In this document: in pieces, positions 55,297 to 64,000 of the stretch
Position numbering within the stretch: position 1 is the first letter of the stretch
Layout of the letters: each line of letters starts with the position of its first letter
Source of the DNA: an uncultured Candidatus Saccharibacteria bacterium
Lineage (GTDB): Bacteria > Patescibacteriota > Saccharimonadia > Saccharimonadales > JAGQNJ01
DNA: 64,000 bases
Assembly (NCBI GenBank): GCA_964491925.1
Contig: CAZBGZ010000001.1
Span: 192,701 to 256,700, forward strand
Direction: 5' to 3'
Notes under the pieces: model-generated
The model's input: the letters and a program-made list of their open reading frames with translations, nothing else
Database searches by the model: none
What the model was told of the DNA's origin: nothing
Translations under genes and position numbers: made by a program

Positions 55297-56964
55297 ATGC
55301 AAGAGGTCCAGGAGTTAGTTAAATCAGCGGTTAAAAAAGTTTTTGGAGAAGACGTTGTAATTTCGCTAGATAGACCAGAGGAAAAGTTTGGTGACTATGC
55401 ATCCAATATTGCTTTGCAACTTAGTAAAAAATTATCAAAAGATCCTAGAGAAATAGCTGAAAAAATTGCCATAGAGTTAGAAAAAAACGCTGTCATTAAA
55501 AAAGTAGAAATCGCCGGAGCGGGTTTTATTAATATAACTTTGACTGATGACTATCTTGATAAAGCCGTTCAAGCAGCAACTACAAGTAGCCCCAATATCT
55601 ACAAGGGTAAAGTTGTAGTTGTCGAATACTCTGATCCTAACCCATTCAAAGTACTTCATGCCGGGCATCTTTACCAGACGGTTTTCGGGGATAGTATATC
55701 TCGTTTGGTGGGACGGGCAGGCGGAGAAGTGCATGATGTAAATTTTGGCGGTGATGTTGGGCGTCACGTGGCAATAACTATGTGGGCAATTTTGAAGGCA
55801 CTGGAAGGCGAAAACCCTGATAAATTAACAGATATTCCAGAAGATGAGCGGTCTAACTGGCTGGCAAAATGTTATGTTGATGGGAACAATGCTTTTGAAG
55901 ACGACGAGCGGGTAAAAACTGAGGTATTATCTCTGAATAAACGTGTTTACGAGGTGCATAGCAATAGCGACCACGACTCTCCGTTTGCGAAAATTTATTG
56001 GGCAACTCGGCAGTGGAGTTACGACTATTTTGAACAGTTTTACGCATCTATAGGTAGCGGTTTCGAAAAATACTACCCTGAAAGTATAACGGCGCCTGTT
56101 GGCTTAAAAACGGTCAAAGAACAACTCAAAAAAGGTATTTACGAGAAAAGCAATGGGGCTATAGTTTTTCGTGGTGAGCAATATGGATTGCATACTCGGG
56201 TATTTATTAATAGTGAAGGATTACCAACTTATGAAGCTAAAGACATAGGTCTAGCAATCGTAAAATGGGAGGATTACCATTTCGACCAAACGATAATAGT
56301 TACCGGAAATGACATAACGGAGTACATGAAGGTAGTTTTAAAAAGCCTAGAACAATTTCGACCAGAAATAGCCGAAAGAACGAAACACTTTACTCATGGC
56401 CAGGTGAAACTGAAGGGCGGGGTAAAAATGAGCTCGCGTAAAGGGAATATAATAAGAGCTGCAGATATACTAGAGACAGCAAGAGAAGCAAGCAAAAAAA
56501 TCATTGGCTCCAGTAACGAAGAGACCGTTCTTGCGGCTGTTAAATTTGCCTTTTTGAAGCAACGTTTGGGCCCTGATGTTGTATATGATCCTGAGGAATC
56601 AGTAAGTCTGCAGGGCAACAGCGGGCCATACTTGCAGTACTCTCACGCACGGGCTTGCTCTGTTTTGGCAAAAGTAAAAAGCGTTGGATCAACTGAACAC
56701 GATTTTGAACCGGGCGAACGGACTTTGGCTCGAAAACTCAGCGAATATCCAGAGGTAATTACTGCGGCAACAGATGACCTTATGCCACATCACATTGCTA
56801 ATTACTTGTACGAATTATCGCAGGTATTTAATCGTTATTATGAGAAAAATCGAGTCATAGGTGATAGCAGAGAGCGCATCAGGGCCGGCCTTATCGGGCA
56901 TTACGCAGATGTAATAAAAGACGGTTTGAGTCTATTAAATATTTCTGCTCCGGAAAAAATGTAA
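55297..56964 (+). CDS. argS: arginyl-tRNA synthetase
   Basis: NPFKVLHAGHL (HIGH region), MSSRKGN, and a DALR-type C-domain ending in Met. Confidence 0.9.
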   Translation: MQEVQELVKSAVKKVFGEDVVISLDRPEEKFGDYASNIALQLSKKLSKDPREIAEKIAIELEKNAVIKKVEIAGAGFINITLTDDYLDKAVQAATTSSPNIYKGKVVVVEYSDPNPFKVLHAGHLYQTVFGDSISRLVGRAGGEVHDVNFGGDVGRHVAITMWAILKALEGENPDKLTDIPEDERSNWLAKCYVDGNNAFEDDERVKTEVLSLNKRVYEVHSNSDHDSPFAKIYWATRQWSYDYFEQFYASIGSGFEKYYPESITAPVGLKTVKEQLKKGIYEKSNGAIVFRGEQYGLHTRVFINSEGLPTYEAKDIGLAIVKWEDYHFDQTIIVTGNDITEYMKVVLKSLEQFRPEIAERTKHFTHGQVKLKGGVKMSSRKGNIIRAADILETAREASKKIIGSSNEETVLAAVKFAFLKQRLGPDVVYDPEESVSLQGNSGPYLQYSHARACSVLAKVKSVGSTEHDFEPGERTLARKLSEYPEVITAATDDLMPHHIANYLYELSQVFNRYYEKNRVIGDSRERIRAGLIGHYADVIKDGLSLLNISAPEKM

Positions 56965-56989
56965 CACTGGGAAAGGGAAAGACTATCAA

Positions 56990-58180
56990 ATGCTACAAAC
57001 AACACACGAACTAATCCGACGAGTCGCCAAGAAGATAGATATACCAGAAGCAGATGTAGAGAAACTTCTCAAACCAAATGCACTTCACGAATTCAACTTG
57101 TTTTCAAATGGCCAATTCTATAAGGCATACCGCGCCCAGCACAACAACAAACTAGGCCCGTATAAGGGGGGCTTGAGGTTTCATCCGAAAGTAACGCGGG
57201 ATGAGGCACTAGCACTGGCGACTTTGATGTCATTCAAGACGGCTGCAGTTGGATTACCGCTCGGTGGTGGCAAAGGAGGGATAGCAATTGACCCAAAGAC
57301 CATATCCAACGCGGATTTGGAAGAAATATCTCGAGAGTACGTGCGGCACATGCAACCGCACATCGGCCCAGATAAAGATATACCGGCCCCTGATGTCAAT
57401 ACCAACGCGCAGATTATCGACTGGATGGTTGATGAGTATCAAGACCTGACTGGAGAGACTAACCAGGCAAGTTTTACAGGGAAGTCTATAAAAAACGGTG
57501 GTAGCCAGGGGCGAGAAGCTGCAACAGGTCGCGGAGGTGTTATAGCGCTGGCCGAATATCTAAAATATCGCAACGATAACAAGCCCAAGAAAGTAGCCTT
57601 GCAGGGTTTTGGTAATGTAGGTGCTTTTTTTGCCACAGTTGCAAAAGAGGATTATCCAGATTGGAAAATTGTAGCTGTTAGCGACTCGGGGGCAACCTTG
57701 ACTGATGATAACGGCCTGAATATTTTGGATTTGGTTTCTTTTAAACAATCGAACAATCGGTTCAATGACTACAAAAAAGCCAAAGTCAGCAGCCCCGATG
57801 AAATTTTCTCAGCAGATGCCGATGTTCTGGTGTTAGCTGCTCTAGATAACGCTGTGACGGTTGATAACGTCCATACGATAACCGCAGAAATTTTGCTAGA
57901 ACTAGCAAATGGGCCCATAAACCAAGAGGCCGAAGCCTATTTGGATAATCATCATAAAGTAATAATCCCAGATATTATTGCTAATGCTGGTGGCGTAATA
58001 GTCAGCTATCTAGAATGGCAACAGAACCTCAAGGGCGAACATTGGCCCGAGGAGAGAGTCAACGCAAAGTTAAAAGAATATATGGAATCAGCGATGCAGT
58101 CAGTCCAGTCTATATCAAAACAAAAAGACCTAAGTCTAAAAGAAGCAGCGATTGCACACGCTCTGCAAAAGCTTGCCTAG
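56990..58180 (+). CDS. Glu/Leu/Phe/Val-family amino-acid dehydrogenase (glutamate dehydrogenase-like)
   Basis: GPYKGGLRFHP, LPLGGGKGGI and GFGNVG (NAD(P) loop). Confidence 0.9.
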   Translation: MLQTTHELIRRVAKKIDIPEADVEKLLKPNALHEFNLFSNGQFYKAYRAQHNNKLGPYKGGLRFHPKVTRDEALALATLMSFKTAAVGLPLGGGKGGIAIDPKTISNADLEEISREYVRHMQPHIGPDKDIPAPDVNTNAQIIDWMVDEYQDLTGETNQASFTGKSIKNGGSQGREAATGRGGVIALAEYLKYRNDNKPKKVALQGFGNVGAFFATVAKEDYPDWKIVAVSDSGATLTDDNGLNILDLVSFKQSNNRFNDYKKAKVSSPDEIFSADADVLVLAALDNAVTVDNVHTITAEILLELANGPINQEAEAYLDNHHKVIIPDIIANAGGVIVSYLEWQQNLKGEHWPEERVNAKLKEYMESAMQSVQSISKQKDLSLKEAAIAHALQKLA

Positions 58181-58222
58181 GTCGGTTATAATTAAAAACA
58201 TATAAAACAAGGGGGATATGTC

Positions 58223-58648
58223 ATGGAAGTGCTCTTAGATAATATTAGTAACCTAAATTGGATCGCAGTAGCCGTGGCCACACTGGCGTCTTTTGCAGTA
58301 GGTGCAGTTTGGTATACACCTGGGTTATTTGGCAAACCGTGGATGAAAGCGATTGGATTAACAGAGAAAGATACGAAAAATGCCGACATGGTTCGCCCAA
58401 TAGTTTTGACACTAGTGGGTACTTTTATCTCAGCAGTCGCGATTGGTGTGCTTGTTCAGGTTCTTGCTCTGACCTCTGTATGGCAAGGTTCGTCGTTCGG
58501 GGTTATGGTAGCAGTATCGTTATTGGCAACAAATAAAATTATGCAAGCACAGTTTGAACTAAGGCCTCTCAGCTATAACGTCATAACAACAGGTGCTGAT
58601 GTGGTTGCTCTAGGGATTATGGGTGCAATTTTAGCGGTGTGGAGTTAG
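58223..58648 (+). CDS. DUF1761-like membrane protein
   Basis: NWIAVAVATLASFAVGAVWYTPGLFGKPW is typical of DUF1761. Confidence 0.55.
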   Translation: MEVLLDNISNLNWIAVAVATLASFAVGAVWYTPGLFGKPWMKAIGLTEKDTKNADMVRPIVLTLVGTFISAVAIGVLVQVLALTSVWQGSSFGVMVAVSLLATNKIMQAQFELRPLSYNVITTGADVVALGIMGAILAVWS

Positions 58649-58657
58649 GCAAAATTA

Positions 58658-59038
58658 ATGGCAGCAGATACCAAATCTAAAAAACAACGCAAACTTTCAA
58701 AAGCTAAAGCCAAAACAAAACAAGAATTCGGCGGCTTTTTAGAGTTTATCAGGACGCAAGGGGTGGTCGGTCTGGCGATTGGGTTTGTTATCGGTACTCA
58801 GGCTAAAGTCTTGGTCGACCAATTCACTCGCAGTTTTATTAGCCCTTTCCTGATTTTTATTGGCAGTGGCGATGAACTCAACGTCAAACAATTTTCCCTG
58901 ACTATAAACGGCAAGACAGCGAACTTTGCTTGGGGGTCTTTTCTGTTTATATTCATCAATTTTGTGATCACCGCCGGATTAATATATTTGGCGTATAGAT
59001 GGCTTAGACTAGACAAGCTAGAGAAAAAGAAGGACTAG
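58658..59038 (+). CDS. mscL: large-conductance mechanosensitive channel
   Basis: FLEFIRTQGVVGLAIGFVIG, with two TM helices and a charged C-tail. Confidence 0.8.
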   Translation: MAADTKSKKQRKLSKAKAKTKQEFGGFLEFIRTQGVVGLAIGFVIGTQAKVLVDQFTRSFISPFLIFIGSGDELNVKQFSLTINGKTANFAWGSFLFIFINFVITAGLIYLAYRWLRLDKLEKKKD

Positions 59039-59057
59039 CAACTACCACATTGAGAGG

Positions 59058-59471
59058 TTGGAGTTTGTGAAAGATAGAGATTTTAAAGCTAAACTAACCG
59101 CGCAACAGTACTCTGTAATGAGACAGAAGGCCACAGAAGCTCCATACTCCGGCGCGTTGCTAAAGAATAAACATTCGGGTGAATATAAATGTGCTGCCTG
59201 TGGAAATGAGCTTTTTACTGACAAACACAAATTCGAGCTACCCGAGTACGACCCCAATGCTGGCTGGCCAAGTTTTTCAGGAGTAACAAATAATAAAAAC
59301 ATTAAACTAATTGATGACAATTCGTATGGTATGCATCGAATAGAGGTAACTTGTGCAAAATGCGGTAGCCACCTAGGGCATTTATTTGACGATGGCCCCA
59401 GCGACACAAAAGAGCATTACTGCATAAACTCTTGTGCCCTTGATTTCAATCCAACCGAAAATACAAAATGA
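59058..59471 (+). CDS. msrB: peptide-methionine (R)-S-oxide reductase
   Basis: CAACGNELF, GWPSF, and CAKCGSHLGHLFDDGP. The start is TTG 59058 or GTG 59067. Confidence 0.9.
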   Translation: MEFVKDRDFKAKLTAQQYSVMRQKATEAPYSGALLKNKHSGEYKCAACGNELFTDKHKFELPEYDPNAGWPSFSGVTNNKNIKLIDDNSYGMHRIEVTCAKCGSHLGHLFDDGPSDTKEHYCINSCALDFNPTENTK

Positions 59472-60646
59472 ACAACCATAATACGGGCTCGAATAAATAC
59501 GTTTGGATAGTGCCGTTATTTCTATTGATCATTATATTTATTACAATTGGATTTTTGTTTAATAAAAGAATACGTGTTTCGACTAATCAGCAACTACCAG
59601 AAAAACGAAACCTAGCCCAATCTGTGCAAGGAAAGTATTTATTCAATGGAACAATTTTTTGGGGCAGGGCAATTGAGAAATGGTCATTAAAACCGAATGG
59701 TGAATACGATTACGCCCACCCATTTAGTGGCCTAAAAACCTTCGATAGGCAGAAATACGACGCCTGGGTAGCCGATCTCGAATGCCCTGTGCTTGATCAG
59801 GTCATTCCGTATGTTGTCCAGGTAAACCAACTGGTATTTAATTGCAGGCCAGAGTATTTAAAAGAAGCTGCAAAATATTTTAATATCATGGACCTTGCCA
59901 ACAACCATAGTGGTGACCAAGGTCAAGATGGTTTTGAGTCAACTAGAAATGCAGTTACTGGGTCTGGGGTACAAGTTTACGGCAATTATGATTCTGCGGA
60001 TGCGGACGATACTTGCGAGATAATTGCCCTGCCAATCCGAGTAATGACCAGCGACAAAAAAACCAAAAAATCTCAAATGCCGGTTGCTTTTTGTGCTTGG
60101 CATTATTTCAATAAAGTGCCTGGGGCAGGAGAGATAGAGCGCATGAAACAATACGCCAAAATTATGCCAGTTTTTGCTTTCGTCCATATGGGCACTGAAT
60201 ACAATACAACTGCTCAGTTAGGACAAATTGATATCGCTCATAGAGTTATTGATGCGGGGGCAGACTTTGTAATAGCCAATAACCCGCACTGGATACAAAA
60301 TTCAGAGGTCTATAAAAGCAAACTAATTTTTTATTCAACTGGCAACTTTATATTTGACCAGATAGATGCAGAAGGAATGAGAAGTGCTAGTGTCGAGCTA
60401 GATATGTCGCTGAAATACGACCAGAATGTCCAAAAATGGTTAGATTTGGCCCCAAAATGTTTGGGTATTCACGACGATTGTCTGCGATTGGCAAACGAGC
60501 TTAAAAAACCTGAGTATTCGTTAAAATTCGACGTTATTGCAGGCGATAATTCCGGTAGACTTACAAAAAAAGGCAGTCCTAGTCTCCAAAAATCTATAGA
60601 AGAGCGCACCAATTGGTTAAAAACTATAAACCAACTACACCAATAA
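59468..60646 (+). CDS. CapA-family (PGA_cap) metallophosphoesterase-like protein
   Basis: N-terminal TM, MDLANNHSGDQG, and ANNPHWIQ. The start overlaps the msrB stop (ATGA). Confidence 0.7.
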   Translation: MNNHNTGSNKYVWIVPLFLLIIIFITIGFLFNKRIRVSTNQQLPEKRNLAQSVQGKYLFNGTIFWGRAIEKWSLKPNGEYDYAHPFSGLKTFDRQKYDAWVADLECPVLDQVIPYVVQVNQLVFNCRPEYLKEAAKYFNIMDLANNHSGDQGQDGFESTRNAVTGSGVQVYGNYDSADADDTCEIIALPIRVMTSDKKTKKSQMPVAFCAWHYFNKVPGAGEIERMKQYAKIMPVFAFVHMGTEYNTTAQLGQIDIAHRVIDAGADFVIANNPHWIQNSEVYKSKLIFYSTGNFIFDQIDAEGMRSASVELDMSLKYDQNVQKWLDLAPKCLGIHDDCLRLANELKKPEYSLKFDVIAGDNSGRLTKKGSPSLQKSIEERTNWLKTINQLHQ

Positions 60647-60720
60647 TAACCCCAGTGAAATATAATTGACCATCTGATAAAAAACTTGTACAATACCTCT
60701 TTTAACGGAGTAGTAGTTTT

Positions 60721-61605
60721 TTGAGTGATTTAGATATGAATAGTGCAAATAGATTAGATATTCAGCCTGGGCCAGGTCCACACTCGGCACTAGATATTCA
60801 GGGTGTAGTCGACGAATTTGCAGTCCAGACACTAGTGACACAGCTCTCTTGGTATTACGGTGAAGGAGTGCAACCAAGGCATGTTCACCCTAATCTAGAG
60901 AAAATGTATGTTTCGCTTCTTGACGATATGGGTTTTAGCATGGTTGGAAAACGTGCGCTTAACCCAATGCTAGATTTTCCGAGCTGGGATGAAATTACAG
61001 CACCTTATAAAGATAAACCAGTCATAGGAGACGCTTTTATTGTAGGCCCACCAGGCGCAGAAGGTGCAGTTAATCCTGCAGAAGTTGTTATATATGTCAG
61101 GGCAGAAAGTTACTGGAAAGCTCGTGACGTTTGGCACATTGATACTGAAAAAGGCTACACATTGGACACAATTCCAGACCAAGTCCCGCCGGAGGAAAAA
61201 ATGGCGCTCGTAAAGCACCTAATCGGTAAAGGGTATGTCCCGAAAAGAAGAATAGTCGGAGTCGAGAGTGAGGCTGACTACGTTAGAGACCCAAAAACCG
61301 TTGATGATCTCGCAAGAGTTGGCGGCGCCCACCCTAGAGAGGTTCTAGAACTTTTAGGACATATTAGAGAAGATGATTTTGTGGTTGGCCCAATACCAAA
61401 ATTTGATCCAGAAACTGACAGCTACATTGGCTTGGAGGAAGGCCCAGCAGTGGCTTTTTGGGGACCAGCTGATATGACAGAGGCAGTTCAAACTAAATAC
61501 ACCGTAAGTCCTGAAGTTCGGGAAACAAGAAGCTTGCCATCAATAGACGCTATTAGATGGGCGCGTCTTAAGGGTGCCTTAGACGATGGAACCATCCAAG
61601 CTTGA
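60721..61605 (+). CDS. hypothetical acidic soluble protein
   Basis: 294-aa ORF with a TTG start after GGAG. No motif recognised. Confidence 0.4.
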   Translation: MSDLDMNSANRLDIQPGPGPHSALDIQGVVDEFAVQTLVTQLSWYYGEGVQPRHVHPNLEKMYVSLLDDMGFSMVGKRALNPMLDFPSWDEITAPYKDKPVIGDAFIVGPPGAEGAVNPAEVVIYVRAESYWKARDVWHIDTEKGYTLDTIPDQVPPEEKMALVKHLIGKGYVPKRRIVGVESEADYVRDPKTVDDLARVGGAHPREVLELLGHIREDDFVVGPIPKFDPETDSYIGLEEGPAVAFWGPADMTEAVQTKYTVSPEVRETRSLPSIDAIRWARLKGALDDGTIQA

Positions 61606-61629
61606 GATAGTGCGCTATAATCTATATAG

Positions 61630-62193
61630 ATGAAGAATAAAAACGAAAAACCGACCAAGATTCTGTGGATGGACTTAGAGATGACAGGGCTAGACCCTAA
61701 AAAAGACGTAATTTTAGAAGTCGCCGTTGAGATTACTGATTTTGATTTCAAAACCCTTGCTACTTACGAAACGTGCATAAAACAGCCCAAAGAACTGGTA
61801 GTAAAACGCATGCAAGCTAACAATTGGTGGCAGAGTTACCCCGATAACAGAGATCACTTTGTAAATAATCTGGATAGTGGCAAGACACTTATGCAGGCTG
61901 AACAAGATTTGATTGCATTAATCGAAAAGCATTTTGGTAAGGAAGCTGCAGTACTAGGGGGAAATTCCATACATAGCGACCGGCTATTCATAAAGCAGTG
62001 GATGCCATCTCTAGATATAAAGCTCCACTATCGAATGCTAGATGTCACATCGTGGAAGATATTTATGCAGGGCAAACACGATATAGATTTCAAAAAACCA
62101 GAGGCGCACCGTGCATTCGAAGATATTCAAGGCTCAATAGCAGAACTACAGTACTACCTAGACTGGTTCAAAAAACATCACGATGACGCATAA
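61630..62193 (+). CDS. orn: oligoribonuclease
   Basis: LWMDLEMTGLDP (DEDD exo I), GNSIHSDRLF, and HRAFEDIQGSIAEL (exo III). Confidence 0.85.
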   Translation: MKNKNEKPTKILWMDLEMTGLDPKKDVILEVAVEITDFDFKTLATYETCIKQPKELVVKRMQANNWWQSYPDNRDHFVNNLDSGKTLMQAEQDLIALIEKHFGKEAAVLGGNSIHSDRLFIKQWMPSLDIKLHYRMLDVTSWKIFMQGKHDIDFKKPEAHRAFEDIQGSIAELQYYLDWFKKHHDDA

Positions 62194-62527
62194 AGAAGTC
62201 GAAGAATACATTTTAAGCATGCCGAATGCAAGGCTGGGCTACCCATTTGGCGAGGGAGTAGCAGTCTATAAAGTAAACGATAAAATGTTTGCATTAATAC
62301 CAGAAGGCAAAGATCCAGTCAGTCTGAGCTTAAAATGTGATCCAGGGCTAGCAAAGTTACTTCGCGAAAAATATGAATCTATAATGGAGGGTTACCATCT
62401 GAATAAAAAACACTGGAACACAATGCTATTAACAGGGCAGTTGGGTGATGAACGCGTAAAAGATCTAATCCGCCATTCCTATAACCTTGTCACAAACAAC
62501 CACATACAAGCACCTGATTTTCCTTAA
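62183..62527 (+). CDS. MmcQ/YjbR-family protein
   Basis: YPFGEGVAVYKVNDKMFALI and HLNKKHWNT. Confidence 0.7.
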   Translation: MTHKEVEEYILSMPNARLGYPFGEGVAVYKVNDKMFALIPEGKDPVSLSLKCDPGLAKLLREKYESIMEGYHLNKKHWNTMLLTGQLGDERVKDLIRHSYNLVTNNHIQAPDFP

Positions 62528-63217
62528 CTATTTTGTATCTAGTAATAGACCCGCATTTTCATAGTCTTTAGCTAGTAGTAGCTTGGCTGATTTACTGGCT
62601 ACGCTAGAGTTTGCTGTTTGCAAGTCACGTTGATATTCAGCCAACTGTTGTTTGAGAATGTTTGAAAAAACTTCGTCAAATCGGCCATTTCGTTCTGCTG
62701 TTTCGAGTTCCGATGTAATTTTGCTACTGGGCGTAGATTTATACTCTTTGCCTTTAACTTTTCCGCCATTTTTTGTCAGCTGATTTATTAGAGCCCACTG
62801 GTCAGTGGTAATAGTCAATTGTGTGCTCAGTGCCAGGGATTTCGCTTGATTACTCCCTGCTTTCTCTGTTCCTGAATTAGCTATAGAAATTATCTGGCTT
62901 TGTTTTCTCGCGACAGTTAATAGTGTTTCACGATTACTGTCACCACCGAATAACAGACTAACAGCCACTGTTATTAAAACTAACACACCCAAAACAATCA
63001 AAATTAATTTTATCAGTCCAGAACGGTTGTTTTTACTTAGTAGCGGAGGTTTTTTGGCTGTTTTCGCGGGGTTGGTAATAAAGTCATACTGACTGGGATG
63101 ACCTGGGTCTATGTTTGGTGCAGGGAACAGATGGTCCGTTTGCACCTGTTGTTGTGGCTGCGCTGGCTGTTGTGGTGGTTGTGGTCCGGGCATTCCACCG
63201 GGCTGATTTGGATCCAT
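62528..63217 (-). CDS. membrane-anchored hypothetical protein with P/Q-rich N-terminus
   Basis: MDPNQPGGMPGPQPPQQPAQPQQQ, then a single TM and an ectodomain. Confidence 0.45.
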   Translation of the reverse strand: MDPNQPGGMPGPQPPQQPAQPQQQVQTDHLFPAPNIDPGHPSQYDFITNPAKTAKKPPLLSKNNRSGLIKLILIVLGVLVLITVAVSLLFGGDSNRETLLTVARKQSQIISIANSGTEKAGSNQAKSLALSTQLTITTDQWALINQLTKNGGKVKGKEYKSTPSSKITSELETAERNGRFDEVFSNILKQQLAEYQRDLQTANSSVASKSAKLLLAKDYENAGLLLDTK

Positions 63218-63339
63218 AGCCTCTATTTAACCATATGCGGCTTACTACTGCTAGAAAATAAGGACATACTTATTGACAAATTAACAAGCTTATGCTAGTA
63301 TTTAATCATTAACAGTTAACACGAACATAAAGGATAAAT

Positions 63340-63693
63340 ATGACTAACGAAGCTACACAAGACCCAGCACCAGGATCATTAGAAAAACCAATTAAAATAA
63401 CTGGCGAAGACGTAGAGCGACTAAGAGCCGGCGAACAGGTAGGTGCCTTGGCATTGCCTGGTACTGCCGAACGGGTCTATGTTACCACAGAACAGCCACT
63501 AGCAGTTGTTGACGGTGACGGATCTCCTACTGGCGAAACATACGACACGTGGGGCGTGACAACAGATCCCAATGATTATGGCACAAGAGTTGATGTTATG
63601 GGAAGATATGCTCATGACGAGAGTGGCGCCTTGAACCCCGTTGGAGCACAGATGGCTCCAGAGACAACTCAAGCTCCACCGTCAGTACAATAA
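63340..63693 (+). CDS. hypothetical acidic protein
   Basis: 117-aa ORF preceded by AAAGGA. No motif recognised. Confidence 0.4.
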   Translation: MTNEATQDPAPGSLEKPIKITGEDVERLRAGEQVGALALPGTAERVYVTTEQPLAVVDGDGSPTGETYDTWGVTTDPNDYGTRVDVMGRYAHDESGALNPVGAQMAPETTQAPPSVQ

Positions 63694-63789
63694 GATATAC
63701 AAATTGCAAAAAGGCCATACGGACTGGTCTTTTTGCTTTTTATCCTAATGCTTGCCAAGTCACCCCTGTTTGCAGGATACTAAGGGGGT

Positions 63790-64000
63790 ATGGATGCGGT
63801 AGAGGATATCAAGGGCAAGCTGAGCATCGAAGATGTGGCGGCTGACTATATGGAGTTAAAACGTTCAGGGCGCAACCTAAAAGGGTTGAGCCCCTTTAGC
63901 AATGAAAAAACACCCAGTCTAATGGTTAGCCCAGAAAAACAGATATGGCACGATTTTTCGTCCGGCAAAGGTGGCGACATGTTTACACTGGTTATGGAGC
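63790..64000 (+). CDS. dnaG: DNA primase DnaG, N-terminal fragment (3'-truncated by window)
   Basis: Hand translation gives MDAVEDIKGKLSIEDVAADYMELKRSGRNLKGLSPFSNEKTPSLMVSPEKQIWHDFSSGKGGDMFTLVME, which aligns with the primase zinc-binding domain (..CPFH.EKTPSF.V.PEKQ..HCFGCG.GG). It is preceded by TAAGGGGG. Confidence 0.8.
   Translation, partial: MDAVEDIKGKLSIEDVAADYMELKRSGRNLKGLSPFSNEKTPSLMVSPEKQIWHDFSSGKGGDMFTLVME

Overview
This 64-kb chromosomal window spans the replication origin of a small-genome, monoderm-type bacterium that uses the standard genetic code (TGA, TAA and TAG all terminate long ORFs). The gene content suggests a Patescibacteria/CPR organism, possibly Saccharibacteria-like. 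That placement is an inference from many tiny membrane proteins, reduced metabolism and the style of the housekeeping proteins, not from any search.

Layout:
- 1-4.9 kb: cell-surface glycan cluster (DUF616-like protein, epimerase, GT2, GT4).
- 4.9-11.1 kb: canonical origin block, jag-yidC-rnpA-rpmH on the minus strand, an intergenic region with DnaA boxes, then dnaA-dnaN-recF.
- 11.1-26.4 kb: the main accessory feature, a type IV secretion (T4SS)-like locus in two divergent operons. It encodes a VirB4 ATPase, a VirB6-like 1016-aa polytopic protein, a PrgI/VirB3-like protein, two peptidoglycan hydrolases (M15 and CHAP) and six tandem VirB2/TrbC-like pilin paralogs. No relaxase, coupling protein or integrase is present.
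- 26.5-36.8 kb: hsp20, comF, then a tRNA-bounded nucleotide-metabolism region. It holds a PurF-like protein without the Cys1 nucleophile, a CBS-less IMPDH, a FolD-like protein, Maf and a TAG-interrupted deoxyribosyltransferase-like gene. Duplicated tRNA 3' ends here look like integration scars.
- 36.8-64 kb: housekeeping genes (valS, tsaD, murE-like, groES/groEL with a CIRCE-like operator, argS, gdh, mscL, msrB, orn, start of dnaG) mixed with orphan ORFs.

Three items in the last block stand out. A three-gene lipid head-group operon contains an archaeal-type CarS (CDP-archaeol synthase family) homolog. A PaaX-like regulator is bracketed by repeats. The DnaG N-terminus has lost all four zinc ligands.

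All calls come from reading the ORF translations and the DNA by eye. No database search was run.
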